Shown piece by piece: positions 27,601 through 34,903 of a DNA stretch of 34,903 nucleotides. The stretch is from Thermoplasmata archaeon (GTDB taxonomy: Archaea > Thermoplasmatota > E2 > DHVEG-1), in NCBI GenBank assembly GCA_003649715.1, contig QMSS01000001.1:1-34903 (forward strand), read 5' to 3'. Positions within the stretch are counted from its first letter, which is position 1. The number at the start of each line of letters is the position of its first letter. Under the pieces are notes generated by a model. That model had not been told where the DNA came from, made no database searches, and saw only the letters and a list, made by a program, of their open reading frames with translations. A program made the translations under genes and the position numbers.

Positions 27601-28268
27601 TGCGGGAGCTGGAGCCTGTAAACATGCGTGCCCTCGAAGAATACGAGCATCAGATGGAGAGGAAAAAAAGATTCGATGAGGATGTTAAGCATCTCAAAGA
27701 TCAGAGGAAAAACCTAATCAAACTTGTAGATGAGATAACAGCTAAGAAAAAGGAGAGATTTTTTGAAGTATTTGATGAAATCAACAAAAACTTCAAAGAA
27801 ATATATGCACAGTTATCTGAGGGGGGAGAGGCAGAGCTGCTGCTTGAGGATGAGGAAAATGTTTTTGATAGCGGTCTCACAATACGTGCAAGACCACGTG
27901 GTAAAAAGATTCTACGTCTATCCGCGTTGTCTGGAGGAGAAAAAAGCATTGCCTCCCTGGCATTCATATTTGCAATACAGCAATATGATCCAAGTCCATT
28001 CTATGTCTTGGATGAGATCGACATGTTTTTAGATGGTGTAAATGCGGAGACAGTTTCCCGTATGATCAAACAAAACTCGGAGCATTCACAGTTCATCACT
28101 GTTTCTCTTAGAAAAGTGGTGCTTAAAGAGGCAAATCACATATATGGTGTTACCATGCAGGACACAGGTATTTCAGAGATGATTGGAAACATCGACCCTG
28201 AATCTGTTGGGCCAAAAGGAGAAATACATATGGAGGAGAGAAACGTAGCATGGAACAAAATCGGATAG
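24645..28268 (+). CDS. smc: Chromosome segregation ATPase SMC, TTG start
   Basis: MYLKEIQMENFKSFG, Walker A GPNGSGKSN, long coiled coils, hinge GTVAELADVDKKYETAIEIAAGSRIQSIVVDD, signature LSGGEKS, Walker B FYVLDEIDMFLD. Confidence 0.95.
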   Translation: MYLKEIQMENFKSFGRKLRIPFFPGFTAITGPNGSGKSNIVDAILFVLGPKSSKVMRAGRLTDLIFNGGKKHKKPASYCKVSLVFDNSDRKMPVDSDEVVLTRMIKRAPLKNDPDNYYSYFYINSHAASFSDFVDLLTHARISGDGYNIVKQGDVTWLVEMGSVERRRIIDEIAGISTFDNDIKRAEKEKNEVEENLERIKIILNEISGQIRQLKKDRDEAYRYKELQEKLYETKAKIVYKKKQDVEGQIAEINNQMMSYEKEREKLIERREKLKKEYTQLQQHLKEVENKISEAGSDEAREIKEKIELLRTDEIKIEEKINYSNDEILALKREQKEFENSLEKLRKEIEDLNTQHAALLNEIEEKENILREKEKKLSELKDSIAESDDRSIELTRELAKMREEYNEKQSEIHELKLKRDRFVEKIDAMDHQIAEMEETKSTYEFEIRDIEWQFSEYKKNRHDRDKKLKDLEKKLFDKKKRESDLTKQLVDIENLIRKLQREKTQLQAEIDAIQSIESRYNPAVNAILTARDSGELKGICGTVAELADVDKKYETAIEIAAGSRIQSIVVDDDQAAAAAIEYLRKKKLGRATFLPLNKMITGKPRGKALMAVRDPSSHGFAIDLVRFKDKYRGAFWYVFGDTVIVDTLSDARRLMGGVRLVDMKGDLIEASGAITGGSKPDVHISFGGIDHRQLEEITQKLQETIDKQETMSNELSNLKREIAELEREIVSLKNEVDADTQIQNLEVRKKEFVNKLKILTEELEKKVKEKEEFEKKKNDVVSAIEICEKRIKELDLLREEKGRNLLSGAKKELAQQARTLEGEVSDLQSSLRDLYSKQETLSKKIDLTEERKKEILSKIEEIKSEIKKLRSTVEELKKSRSQCQNELKALMNVEKQMTDKVKDLTADRDDIYKKTVNVENELDKINTRIESYLDLVTRAKYRLSTLEETIRELEQELSLYNVEIKDKKLPNIESLKETVRVIEENMRELEPVNMRALEEYEHQMERKKRFDEDVKHLKDQRKNLIKLVDEITAKKKERFFEVFDEINKNFKEIYAQLSEGGEAELLLEDEENVFDSGLTIRARPRGKKILRLSALSGGEKSIASLAFIFAIQQYDPSPFYVLDEIDMFLDGVNAETVSRMIKQNSEHSQFITVSLRKVVLKEANHIYGVTMQDTGISEMIGNIDPESVGPKGEIHMEERNVAWNKIG

Positions 28269-29134
28269 ACAACAATGTGCTTAGCCATCTACTATTCCAT
28301 AAAGCACTTGTCGATGAAAAAGAAGATAAGTCGCGTATCAACAAATATATCGAGATGGTTGAAAAAACAGGTCGAGGGGGGCATCTCTCAATAGAAAATC
28401 CTTTTGATAGATCCATTGCCATTGCATTTGAATTGGTTATAAAACAACATCTAAATCCGTGGGACATTGATCTTGTAAGTTTCTCCACCATGTATCTTAA
28501 AAGGGCAAGGGAGGAAAAAATCGATCTTATGACAGCTGGACGTATCATATACATGGCATGGAGGATACTCAAACTTCAAAGCGATGATCTGGTGATAAAT
28601 ATAGAGACACATCAGGAAAACATTGATGAGAACTCATCTGTTTTCAACTGGGATGATATACCAACAGGAGCATGGTGTGAAAGCGATGATGGGTATTCAT
28701 ACACAAATCTTGTTATGAAGATGCCTCAGCCACCTATTGAGGAGCCGATTCGACGTCAGGCGGAGAGACCAGTTACGCTGATGGAACTCCTAGATGCATT
28801 TGATCAGGCGAGAAAAGAGGCAGAGGAATATCAGCTCCTGGACAAGATAAGAAGACAAGAGCGGGAGAGGATTCAGCGGGAGGCACGTGAGCATATGAGA
28901 GGCACGGCGCATGAGGACCATATTGAGGAGGATGTCATGAGTGTCTGGGAAAAAATCAATCGTTTTCCTACAAAATCCATGACAATCAATGATCTCTGCG
29001 ACACAAACAATCATGAGGAGTTCATAAAAACATTGATGTCCATCCTATTCTTAGCATATGATAACAAAATAAAGGTTTATCAACGTAGATTTCCATATGG
29101 AAAGATATATATCAAAAACATAGGATATACCTAA
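28250..29134 (+). CDS. scpA: Segregation and condensation protein A (kleisin)
   Basis: NPWDIDLVSFSTMYLKRAREEKIDLMTAGRIIYMAWRILKLQS is an ScpA N-terminal pattern. Overlaps the smc 3' end by 19 nt. Confidence 0.82.
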   Translation: MEQNRIDNNVLSHLLFHKALVDEKEDKSRINKYIEMVEKTGRGGHLSIENPFDRSIAIAFELVIKQHLNPWDIDLVSFSTMYLKRAREEKIDLMTAGRIIYMAWRILKLQSDDLVINIETHQENIDENSSVFNWDDIPTGAWCESDDGYSYTNLVMKMPQPPIEEPIRRQAERPVTLMELLDAFDQARKEAEEYQLLDKIRRQERERIQREAREHMRGTAHEDHIEEDVMSVWEKINRFPTKSMTINDLCDTNNHEEFIKTLMSILFLAYDNKIKVYQRRFPYGKIYIKNIGYT

Positions 29135-29150
29135 AAAATGGGTTTTTCCT

Positions 29151-29684
29151 ATGGGTGTGAAAGAAGAACGTTTGGTAGAATCAGTGTTGTTCTCTGCAAC
29201 CAAACCTGTTTCTATAGAGGATATCAAAGAAGCCACTGGTCTATCTACCAAAAAAGTTTCTGAGGCGTTAAATGCTTTGATTGAGAACTACAATGTTAAA
29301 CGAAGGAATGAGACTTCTATTGAGATTGTAAAGGCGGGTAACAAGTATGCTATGCAGGTTAAGAAAAAGTTTATTGAGCACTCTGTCATGGTTGCAAAAC
29401 CTGAGATAAAAACTCATCTTCTAAAAACACTTTCTCTAATAGCTTTTCATCAACCTATAAAGCAATCTGATCTTAGACGAATGATAGGACCAAGGGTATA
29501 TGAGCATGTTGATGAGCTTGTTGCTATGAAGCTTGTTCATGCAAAAAAACATGGATCAACAGAGATGTTGACAACAACTCGTCTGTTCCCTGAATATTTT
29601 GGTATAGATACAACGAAGCCTGAGGAGATAAGGGAGTTTTTAGCTAAGAAGGTTATGGGTTTGATGGAAAACAGGGACAAATAA
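29151..29684 (+). CDS. scpB: Segregation and condensation protein B
   Basis: VESVLFSATKPVSIEDIKEATGLS ... LSLIAFHQPIKQSDLRRMIG ... LVAMKLV, tandem wHTH pattern of ScpB. Confidence 0.86.
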   Translation: MGVKEERLVESVLFSATKPVSIEDIKEATGLSTKKVSEALNALIENYNVKRRNETSIEIVKAGNKYAMQVKKKFIEHSVMVAKPEIKTHLLKTLSLIAFHQPIKQSDLRRMIGPRVYEHVDELVAMKLVHAKKHGSTEMLTTTRLFPEYFGIDTTKPEEIREFLAKKVMGLMENRDK

Positions 29685-29757
29685 AAAAACCTTTTTACCT
29701 TAAGTTTCTCTGGGGAATTGAACATTTAAACTAAAAATAGAAAAAATGGTGTTTTTT

Positions 29758-30456
29758 TTATCTGGCTATCATTGCTCTTAGCCAGTCTGCAACATTTTCC
29801 GAGTGATCAGCTATGTCATCCACCCAGTCTGCTATTTTGAGGAGATGATAGACATCCATAGGGTTTAGTTTCTTTTCAAGCCTGTATATTCCCTCTGTTA
29901 TCTTGTATTTCTCGTTATCAGCTTTCCATTCATAGTCATGCACTTTATGGATCAGTTTTTTGGTTTGTTCCCGCTCTCGTTTGACAAAACTGGTTTCAAG
30001 TAGGTCTCTTATGCTTTCAACTGCATCCTCCATGGCCTTTACTGTTTTCATAACAACCTTTGCATGGTTGATGAAGCTTTTCTGAAGTTCTTTAGGTATT
30101 TTTGTGTGACGTTGATCTAGCAGACGCACTAGGTTTTCTGCATGGTCCAGTATAGCGTCTTGCTCTCTTAGAGCCCATAGAAACTTGCCTTTTTCTACAG
30201 GCATAAAAAGTGATGATGGTAGATGGTTTCTGATGCTTCTTTTGATTAGATCTGCTTCGTGTTCAATTTTAGATACTTTTTTTGCTATTTCTGAAAAATT
30301 TTTGTAGTCTCCCTGGTAGTATCTGATTAGTCCATCTCCAAGTATGTTGATACATTCTCGTACTTTTCCCATGTGGTCAAGTAGTTGATCAAACGGGGAT
30401 TTTCTTCTATATGTGTATGATATTGGTGTTCTGAAGTGGTTTTTCTCCTTCACCAT
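29758..30456 (-). CDS. DUF47/TIGR00153 family phosphate-transport regulator (distant PhoU relative)
   Basis: ~230 aa helical protein with EHEADLIKRSIRNHL and VHDYEWKADN repeats. Lies immediately downstream of a PiT gene, the classic pairing. Confidence 0.82.
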   Translation of the reverse strand: MVKEKNHFRTPISYTYRRKSPFDQLLDHMGKVRECINILGDGLIRYYQGDYKNFSEIAKKVSKIEHEADLIKRSIRNHLPSSLFMPVEKGKFLWALREQDAILDHAENLVRLLDQRHTKIPKELQKSFINHAKVVMKTVKAMEDAVESIRDLLETSFVKREREQTKKLIHKVHDYEWKADNEKYKITEGIYRLEKKLNPMDVYHLLKIADWVDDIADHSENVADWLRAMIAR

Positions 30457-30490
30457 TTTTATTCCTTCAAACCATATTTTTTTGTGTTGT

Positions 30491-31774
30491 TTATACTATC
30501 CATGTTAGGCATATAAAAATTGTTGCTGATGTTGCTGCGGCAACTGGTACTGTTAATAGCCATGAGTAAATAATTTTTTTGATAACTCCTAGGTCGACGG
30601 CGTCTAATCCACGTGCTAGTCCAACTCCTATTACTGCTCCAACTACTGTATGTGATGTGGATATTGGTAGTCCTAGTTTGGATGCGATTAGTACTGTTGT
30701 GGCTGCTCCGAAGTCAACTGAGAAGCCACGTGTGTTTGTTAGCCGGGTTATACGTCCCCCGACGGTTTTCATAACTCGGTGTCCCCATGTGAGGCATCCA
30801 ACGGATATTCCTGCTCCTCCGATTGCTAGTAGATAGGTGGGTATCTCGGCGTATATGCCTAGGGTGTTGCTGCTTAGGAGTGAGCTGATAGCTGCGACAG
30901 GTGCTATGGCATTGGCTACATCGTTTGCTCCATGGGAAAATGCTACGTAGCAGGATGTGATGATCTGAAGTTTTCTGAAGATATTTTCAACCAGGGTGTA
31001 GTCCTTGTCTGTTTTTGCTTCTATGTTTCTTAGTAAAAATATGGATATTCCGATGACAGCTATGGATATTATGGCTGAGATGGTGAGGATGTTTGTTAGG
31101 TCTGTGATTCCTAGTATCTCGCTGAGTAGTGTTTTGAGTAATAATGAGGATGTTATTAGAAAGGCGGTTATTCCTATTATGATTGGTCCAACTATTTTAG
31201 CGGATGCTACTGGGTTGTCCTGCTCGAAGATTGTTTTAACAATTGTTTTGAACACGATGAATGCCAGTATGCATCCGAATACTGGTGATAGAACCCAACT
31301 TGATGCAACAAAACCTAGTTCTTTCCAGTTGACGCAGCTTGTTCCGCAGGTTATCAGTCCAAATCCTACTAGTGCTCCTATGACAGAATGAGTGGTTGAT
31401 ATAGGCATTTCCTTCCATGTGGAGAGTGTCACCCATATGGCGGCGGCTAGGAGTGATGCAGCAAATCCTAGTATCAGTGTTTTTGGTTCTCCTATTATGA
31501 CTGGGTTTATTATATGGCCTTTTATTATTTCTGTAACATGTTTTCCAACTGTTACAGCACCTATGAAGTTTAGTATGCCTGCTATGAGCACTGCCTGTCT
31601 AAATGTTATTGCTTTGGCTCCAACTGCTGTGGCCATGGAGTTGGCTACATCATTAGCGCCTATGCTCCATGCCATGTAGAAGCTGATAGCAAGTGTGCCT
31701 CCTCCTATGAGCAGTAGGGTGGTGTCCAATAGAAGCCTCCGTTCACCCAGTATATTTTGTCTGGTAAAAAGCAT
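30491..31774 (-). CDS. Inorganic phosphate transporter, PiT family
   Basis: Duplicated GANDVAN signature (WSIGANDVANSMATAVG and SHGANDVANAIAPV), polytopic. Confidence 0.92.
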   Translation of the reverse strand: MLFTRQNILGERRLLLDTTLLLIGGGTLAISFYMAWSIGANDVANSMATAVGAKAITFRQAVLIAGILNFIGAVTVGKHVTEIIKGHIINPVIIGEPKTLILGFAASLLAAAIWVTLSTWKEMPISTTHSVIGALVGFGLITCGTSCVNWKELGFVASSWVLSPVFGCILAFIVFKTIVKTIFEQDNPVASAKIVGPIIIGITAFLITSSLLLKTLLSEILGITDLTNILTISAIISIAVIGISIFLLRNIEAKTDKDYTLVENIFRKLQIITSCYVAFSHGANDVANAIAPVAAISSLLSSNTLGIYAEIPTYLLAIGGAGISVGCLTWGHRVMKTVGGRITRLTNTRGFSVDFGAATTVLIASKLGLPISTSHTVVGAVIGVGLARGLDAVDLGVIKKIIYSWLLTVPVAAATSATIFICLTWIV

Positions 31775-31902
31775 TGCGGAAAAAAACCAAAAGATGATTT
31801 GTTTTGCTCTGTTCTTTTTTTCTAAGGCAGAACTAAAACAATGTTTTTTTTGAGAAAGAAGAGCATGATCAAAAGAGGGAGGACGGGGGGGTTATGTGTT
31901 TT

Positions 31903-32679
31903 TTATTGTATTTTAAGTCCGAAATCGTAGTATCTATTGATGTATTGGTTGTTGGTTGGATTGAATTTTATCATTTTTTTCTGTTTTTCTTTTTCAATGT
32001 TTACAACAGTGATCACAATGTTTTGTTCCTCCAGGTCTATGATGTTGAATGTGTTTCCAAAGTGTGCTCGTGTTCTGTTGCATGAGAATGTTCCAGCGTT
32101 TACCAGCAGGGTTTTATGTATTTTTACCCCGTAGGGGACATGTCTGTGTCCCATTAGAACTAGGGGAACCCTGTTTTTTAGGATGATGTCTAGTGTTTCA
32201 CCGGCATCCTCAATAATGTTTTTTTCTCTCCCTGAGTTTGGCACTGGTATTAGATGGTGATGGAATCCAATGATGGTCGCATCCTTGTTTCTTTTTATAG
32301 CTTTTTCTATTAGTTCATGTCTTTTTCTACCAAGTCTTCCGTCATCTTTATCTGGCTCACTTGATGCAAGTCCTACCAGTGTTATGTTTTGGTGTTGATG
32401 TATGAAGTTTGTTTTTCCGAAAAACTCTGGAAACAATTTGAATCCTAGATTGCGTTCATCATGGTTTCCTGGTACAACTATTTGCTCCTCATTTATCATG
32501 CTGAGTTTTTCTTCTGCTAGCTCGTATTCTCTTAGTAGTCCATCTGTTGTTATGTCGCCTGATATGAAGACAAGATCTGGTTTTGTTTTGTTTAGTATTT
32601 TGACTGCTTTTTCGAATATTTTGTTGTTGAAGTCTGTTCCATAGTTTACATGTATGTCTGATATGTGTGCTATTCTCAA
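31903..32679 (-). CDS. Calcineurin-like metallophosphoesterase, TTG start
   Basis: HISDIH, SGDITTDG, PGNHD, GFHHH and GHRH metal-binding motifs in canonical order. Confidence 0.85.
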   Translation of the reverse strand: MRIAHISDIHVNYGTDFNNKIFEKAVKILNKTKPDLVFISGDITTDGLLREYELAEEKLSMINEEQIVVPGNHDERNLGFKLFPEFFGKTNFIHQHQNITLVGLASSEPDKDDGRLGRKRHELIEKAIKRNKDATIIGFHHHLIPVPNSGREKNIIEDAGETLDIILKNRVPLVLMGHRHVPYGVKIHKTLLVNAGTFSCNRTRAHFGNTFNIIDLEEQNIVITVVNIEKEKQKKMIKFNPTNNQYINRYYDFGLKIQ

Positions 32680-32883
32680 AAGTAAAAAGCCTCCTTTTTT
32701 CTTTTTTTTGTTGATGGATTGATATGGGGGTTAATACTTGTTTTGGTTCTGTTATCTTGTGTCTTTTTTGTTTTTTTCTCTTATTTTTTTGGGATGGAGT
32801 TGGGATGAGGATGAGACGGGAGGTGTAGTGGGGGTGTGTTAAAGTTTGTAGGATAGTGGTGTGAGTTTTGGATGATGACGGGT

Positions 32884-33435
32884 TTATAGTAGGTTGTATA
32901 TGCAGAGGTTGATGAATAGATTTGAGATTGAATGAGCGATTATAGGAGGAATAAGATTTCTTTTTCCATACCAGTAGGAGATAGCCAGTATGAATCCGGT
33001 TGTTGATCTGGAGATGAATCCTTCGATTTGAAAGGTTGAGGTGTTGAAGATGTGCCAAAGTGAGAAGATGATGGGGTTTATGGTTAGTAATATTGTAGCT
33101 GTGTGTTTTTTGTTAAATCCCTTCTCTTTTAGTATTAGATAGATTGAGCCTAGGAGTATGCCTCTGAATGTTATTTCTTCAAATATTGGTGCTATGATTA
33201 TTGATAGTATCAGGAAGGATATTATTTCGATTCTTTGGCATTTGATGAATAGGAAGAAAATATAATCTGCTAGTAGTATAAATGTTAGAGAGAGAATGAT
33301 GTTTTTTGTGTCTATAAAGAATCTTAGGCTTTCTTTGAAGACAGGTTTTTGTTTTCTGATTTTTAAGATTGCGAAGGTTGTTATTATTTCTATGACTTCT
33401 ATTATTTGGATTTGTAGATCGAATGAGGTGGTCAT
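32884..33435 (-). CDS. CPBP family intramembrane glutamic endopeptidase (CAAX protease/Abi family)
   Basis: FEEITFRG (EExxxR), FSLWH (FxxxH) and IIAHSISN (HxxxN) motifs within a polytopic 183 aa protein. Confidence 0.8.
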   Translation of the reverse strand: MTTSFDLQIQIIEVIEIITTFAILKIRKQKPVFKESLRFFIDTKNIILSLTFILLADYIFFLFIKCQRIEIISFLILSIIIAPIFEEITFRGILLGSIYLILKEKGFNKKHTATILLTINPIIFSLWHIFNTSTFQIEGFISRSTTGFILAISYWYGKRNLIPPIIAHSISNLFINLCIYNLL

Positions 33436-33529
33436 CTGGAAGGCTGGTATTTAGGCTTGTCTTTAATATTTTTGTTTTTTGGAAATTTTTCGGCAGGGGG
33501 GTAGAGATTTTTTTTGCTGAGAATTTTTT

Positions 33530-34795
33530 TTAAATGTAATATGCTGGTATTTTATAGACTCTGCAGGAGTTAATGTTTTTCATATCAAATTCATTTAATG
33601 TTACTACAAAGGCAGTTTCTGGTTTGTAGATGTTTAGGAAACTATGGAATCCTCTTCCCAGTTTTCCTCCAGTTAGTTTAACTTCTATTGGGATTACTTT
33701 ATCCTCCCTGCTTAGTATAAAATCTATTTCTGCTTTTCCTGTTGTACGCCAATAGTTTATCTTGTAGTTGTTCAGGTTGAGTAGTTCTCTTAATGTAAAA
33801 TTTTCTAGGAGTGTACCTGCATCGGTGCGGTTGTCAAGGGGAACGAAGTTGTTTATTATGGAGTTTCTTAACCCTGTGTCTAGGAAGTAAAACTTTGGTG
33901 TTTTTCTAAGCTCTGTTACAAGGTTACTGTGGAATGGACGAAGGAAATGTATTATATAAGTGTGATTGAGTATATCTAGATACTCCTCCACTTTTTTGAA
34001 AGATGCTTTTAAAGTCTCTGCTATACTAGATACAGCTAATAGAGAGCCTGCTCTAAAGGAGAGGAATCTAAGTAGATCTTCAAACTTTGAGGTATCTCTT
34101 ATACCAAAGAAGTTTGTTACATCTTTCTCCATATATAGAGAAGCTATGTTACTTAAGATCATTTTTTTTGTTTCCTCATCACTAGTTTTTATCACCTCTG
34201 GGTATCCTCCAAAGACAAGGTATTCCTTCAACATGCTAAGAAATTCTTCTTGGAAAGATGGAGGTTGTGGTTCATCATTTCCATCTAAAGTTTTTTCAAA
34301 AATTCTTTTCCTGTCTAGGAATACTTTTGTCAGACCTTTGTCTCTTGTAGAGAGGAACTCTTCGAAATCAAATGGATATAATTCAAAGATAAATGCTCTT
34401 CCAACTAGAAATGGGAGGATGTCTGTTTTTATTTCAAGGGAGGATGAACCTGAGAACAGGATTTTTGCATCAGGGAATTCATCATATATTATCTTTAACT
34501 TTTCACCAGCGTCTCTAACACGTTGAATCTCATCTAGGAATAGAAATAGTTTCTTTCCCTCCTTTTTATATCTCTTGATTATGTCAAGAGGATTCTCCTC
34601 AAGGGTTCTCCTCATATCTGGTAGATCTAGATTTATAAAAGCCTTCTCCTCCTTTACTTTATCATAAATTATTTTCATAAGAGTTGTTTTACCAACCTGT
34701 CTAGCGCCTTTTATCCCAATCATCTCTCTTCTATTAAGATATTTAGAAACCTTATCCTCCAATTTTCGTCTATAAATTTTATTTTGCTCTGACAT
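33530..34795 (-). CDS. AAA+ ATPase fused to a DUF4143 PD-(D/E)xK nuclease-like domain (COG1373-type)
   Basis: Walker A GARQVGKTTL and Walker B LFLDEIQ. C-terminal YWRTTGKAEIDFIL...VIPIEVK matches the D...ExK restriction-endonuclease-like signature of this family. Confidence 0.85.
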   Translation of the reverse strand: MSEQNKIYRRKLEDKVSKYLNRREMIGIKGARQVGKTTLMKIIYDKVKEEKAFINLDLPDMRRTLEENPLDIIKRYKKEGKKLFLFLDEIQRVRDAGEKLKIIYDEFPDAKILFSGSSSLEIKTDILPFLVGRAFIFELYPFDFEEFLSTRDKGLTKVFLDRKRIFEKTLDGNDEPQPPSFQEEFLSMLKEYLVFGGYPEVIKTSDEETKKMILSNIASLYMEKDVTNFFGIRDTSKFEDLLRFLSFRAGSLLAVSSIAETLKASFKKVEEYLDILNHTYIIHFLRPFHSNLVTELRKTPKFYFLDTGLRNSIINNFVPLDNRTDAGTLLENFTLRELLNLNNYKINYWRTTGKAEIDFILSREDKVIPIEVKLTGGKLGRGFHSFLNIYKPETAFVVTLNEFDMKNINSCRVYKIPAYYI

Positions 34796-34903
34796 ATAAC
34801 TCTATAATTTTTTCCACATATTTAAAAATTATGCTATAATTTTTATTGGAATTATATGTCTTGTCTTTAATAACTTAACTTTACAATGCAAGTTTGAAAA
34901 AAT

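Noticed and set aside
32489-33058. 189-aa reverse-strand ORF spanning the CPBP 3' end, the spacer and the phosphoesterase 5' end.
   Set aside because: It is out of frame with both flanking genes, each of which has clear motifs. It remains open only because the G-poor strand lacks TAG and TGA. The translation is low-complexity His/Thr/Lys/Gln/Pro with no motif.
1-34903. Scan for CRISPR arrays, rRNA genes, transposases, integrases, additional tRNAs, and split or frameshifted genes suggesting recoding.
   Set aside because: I saw no regularly spaced direct repeats and no GC-rich structured islands other than tRNA-Phe. I saw no recombinase-like translations and no adjacent same-family ORF fragments. 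Tandem-repeat detection by eye is limited, so a formal repeat finder should still be run.

Overview
The window looks like a low-GC archaeal chromosome segment, roughly one-third G+C in housekeeping genes by hand counts. Archaea-specific markers include RadB, Dph2, a GINS subunit, L44e, S27e, aIF2-alpha, Nop10, a PAC2 chaperone, Nob1, a Sec11-type signal peptidase and SMC-ScpA-ScpB. I cannot assign a taxon more precisely than euryarchaeal or DPANN-like. Most of the window is tightly packed housekeeping: hisS; a reverse-strand nadA-iscS-iscU-queD-queC operon; a long forward block from mtaD to the PAC2 gene; tRNA-Phe; smc-scpA-scpB; and a PiT/DUF47 phosphate pair. The main result is that the supplied ORF track misses the largest accessory gene. 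A reverse-strand ORF starts at ATG 3289 and stays open to the left window edge, at least 1096 codons. I checked every codon of that frame by hand and found no stop. It encodes a signal-peptide-bearing, sequon-rich surface protein with a peptidase C25 (gingipain-like, clan CD) core, a CARDB-like module and a NosD-type beta-helix. It is a divergent paralog of the C25+PKD protein at 21527..23806. Its first ~280 codons use almost only A and C, so the + strand there is almost pure G/T. This produces the long Cys/Val/Gly/Phe-rich shadow ORFs listed in the track. Other points worth follow-up are a same-strand cluster linked by methylthioadenosine chemistry (mtaD, two permeases, an APH-like/P-loop kinase fusion coupled by ATGA to dph2), a G-depleted 204-nt spacer, a CPBP protease next to an AAA+/PD-(D/E)xK ATPase, and a few hairpins. 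I saw no CRISPR array, transposase, integrase or rRNA. I found no recognisable multi-gene defence system. The best candidate for something new is the paired secreted clan-CD protease module.
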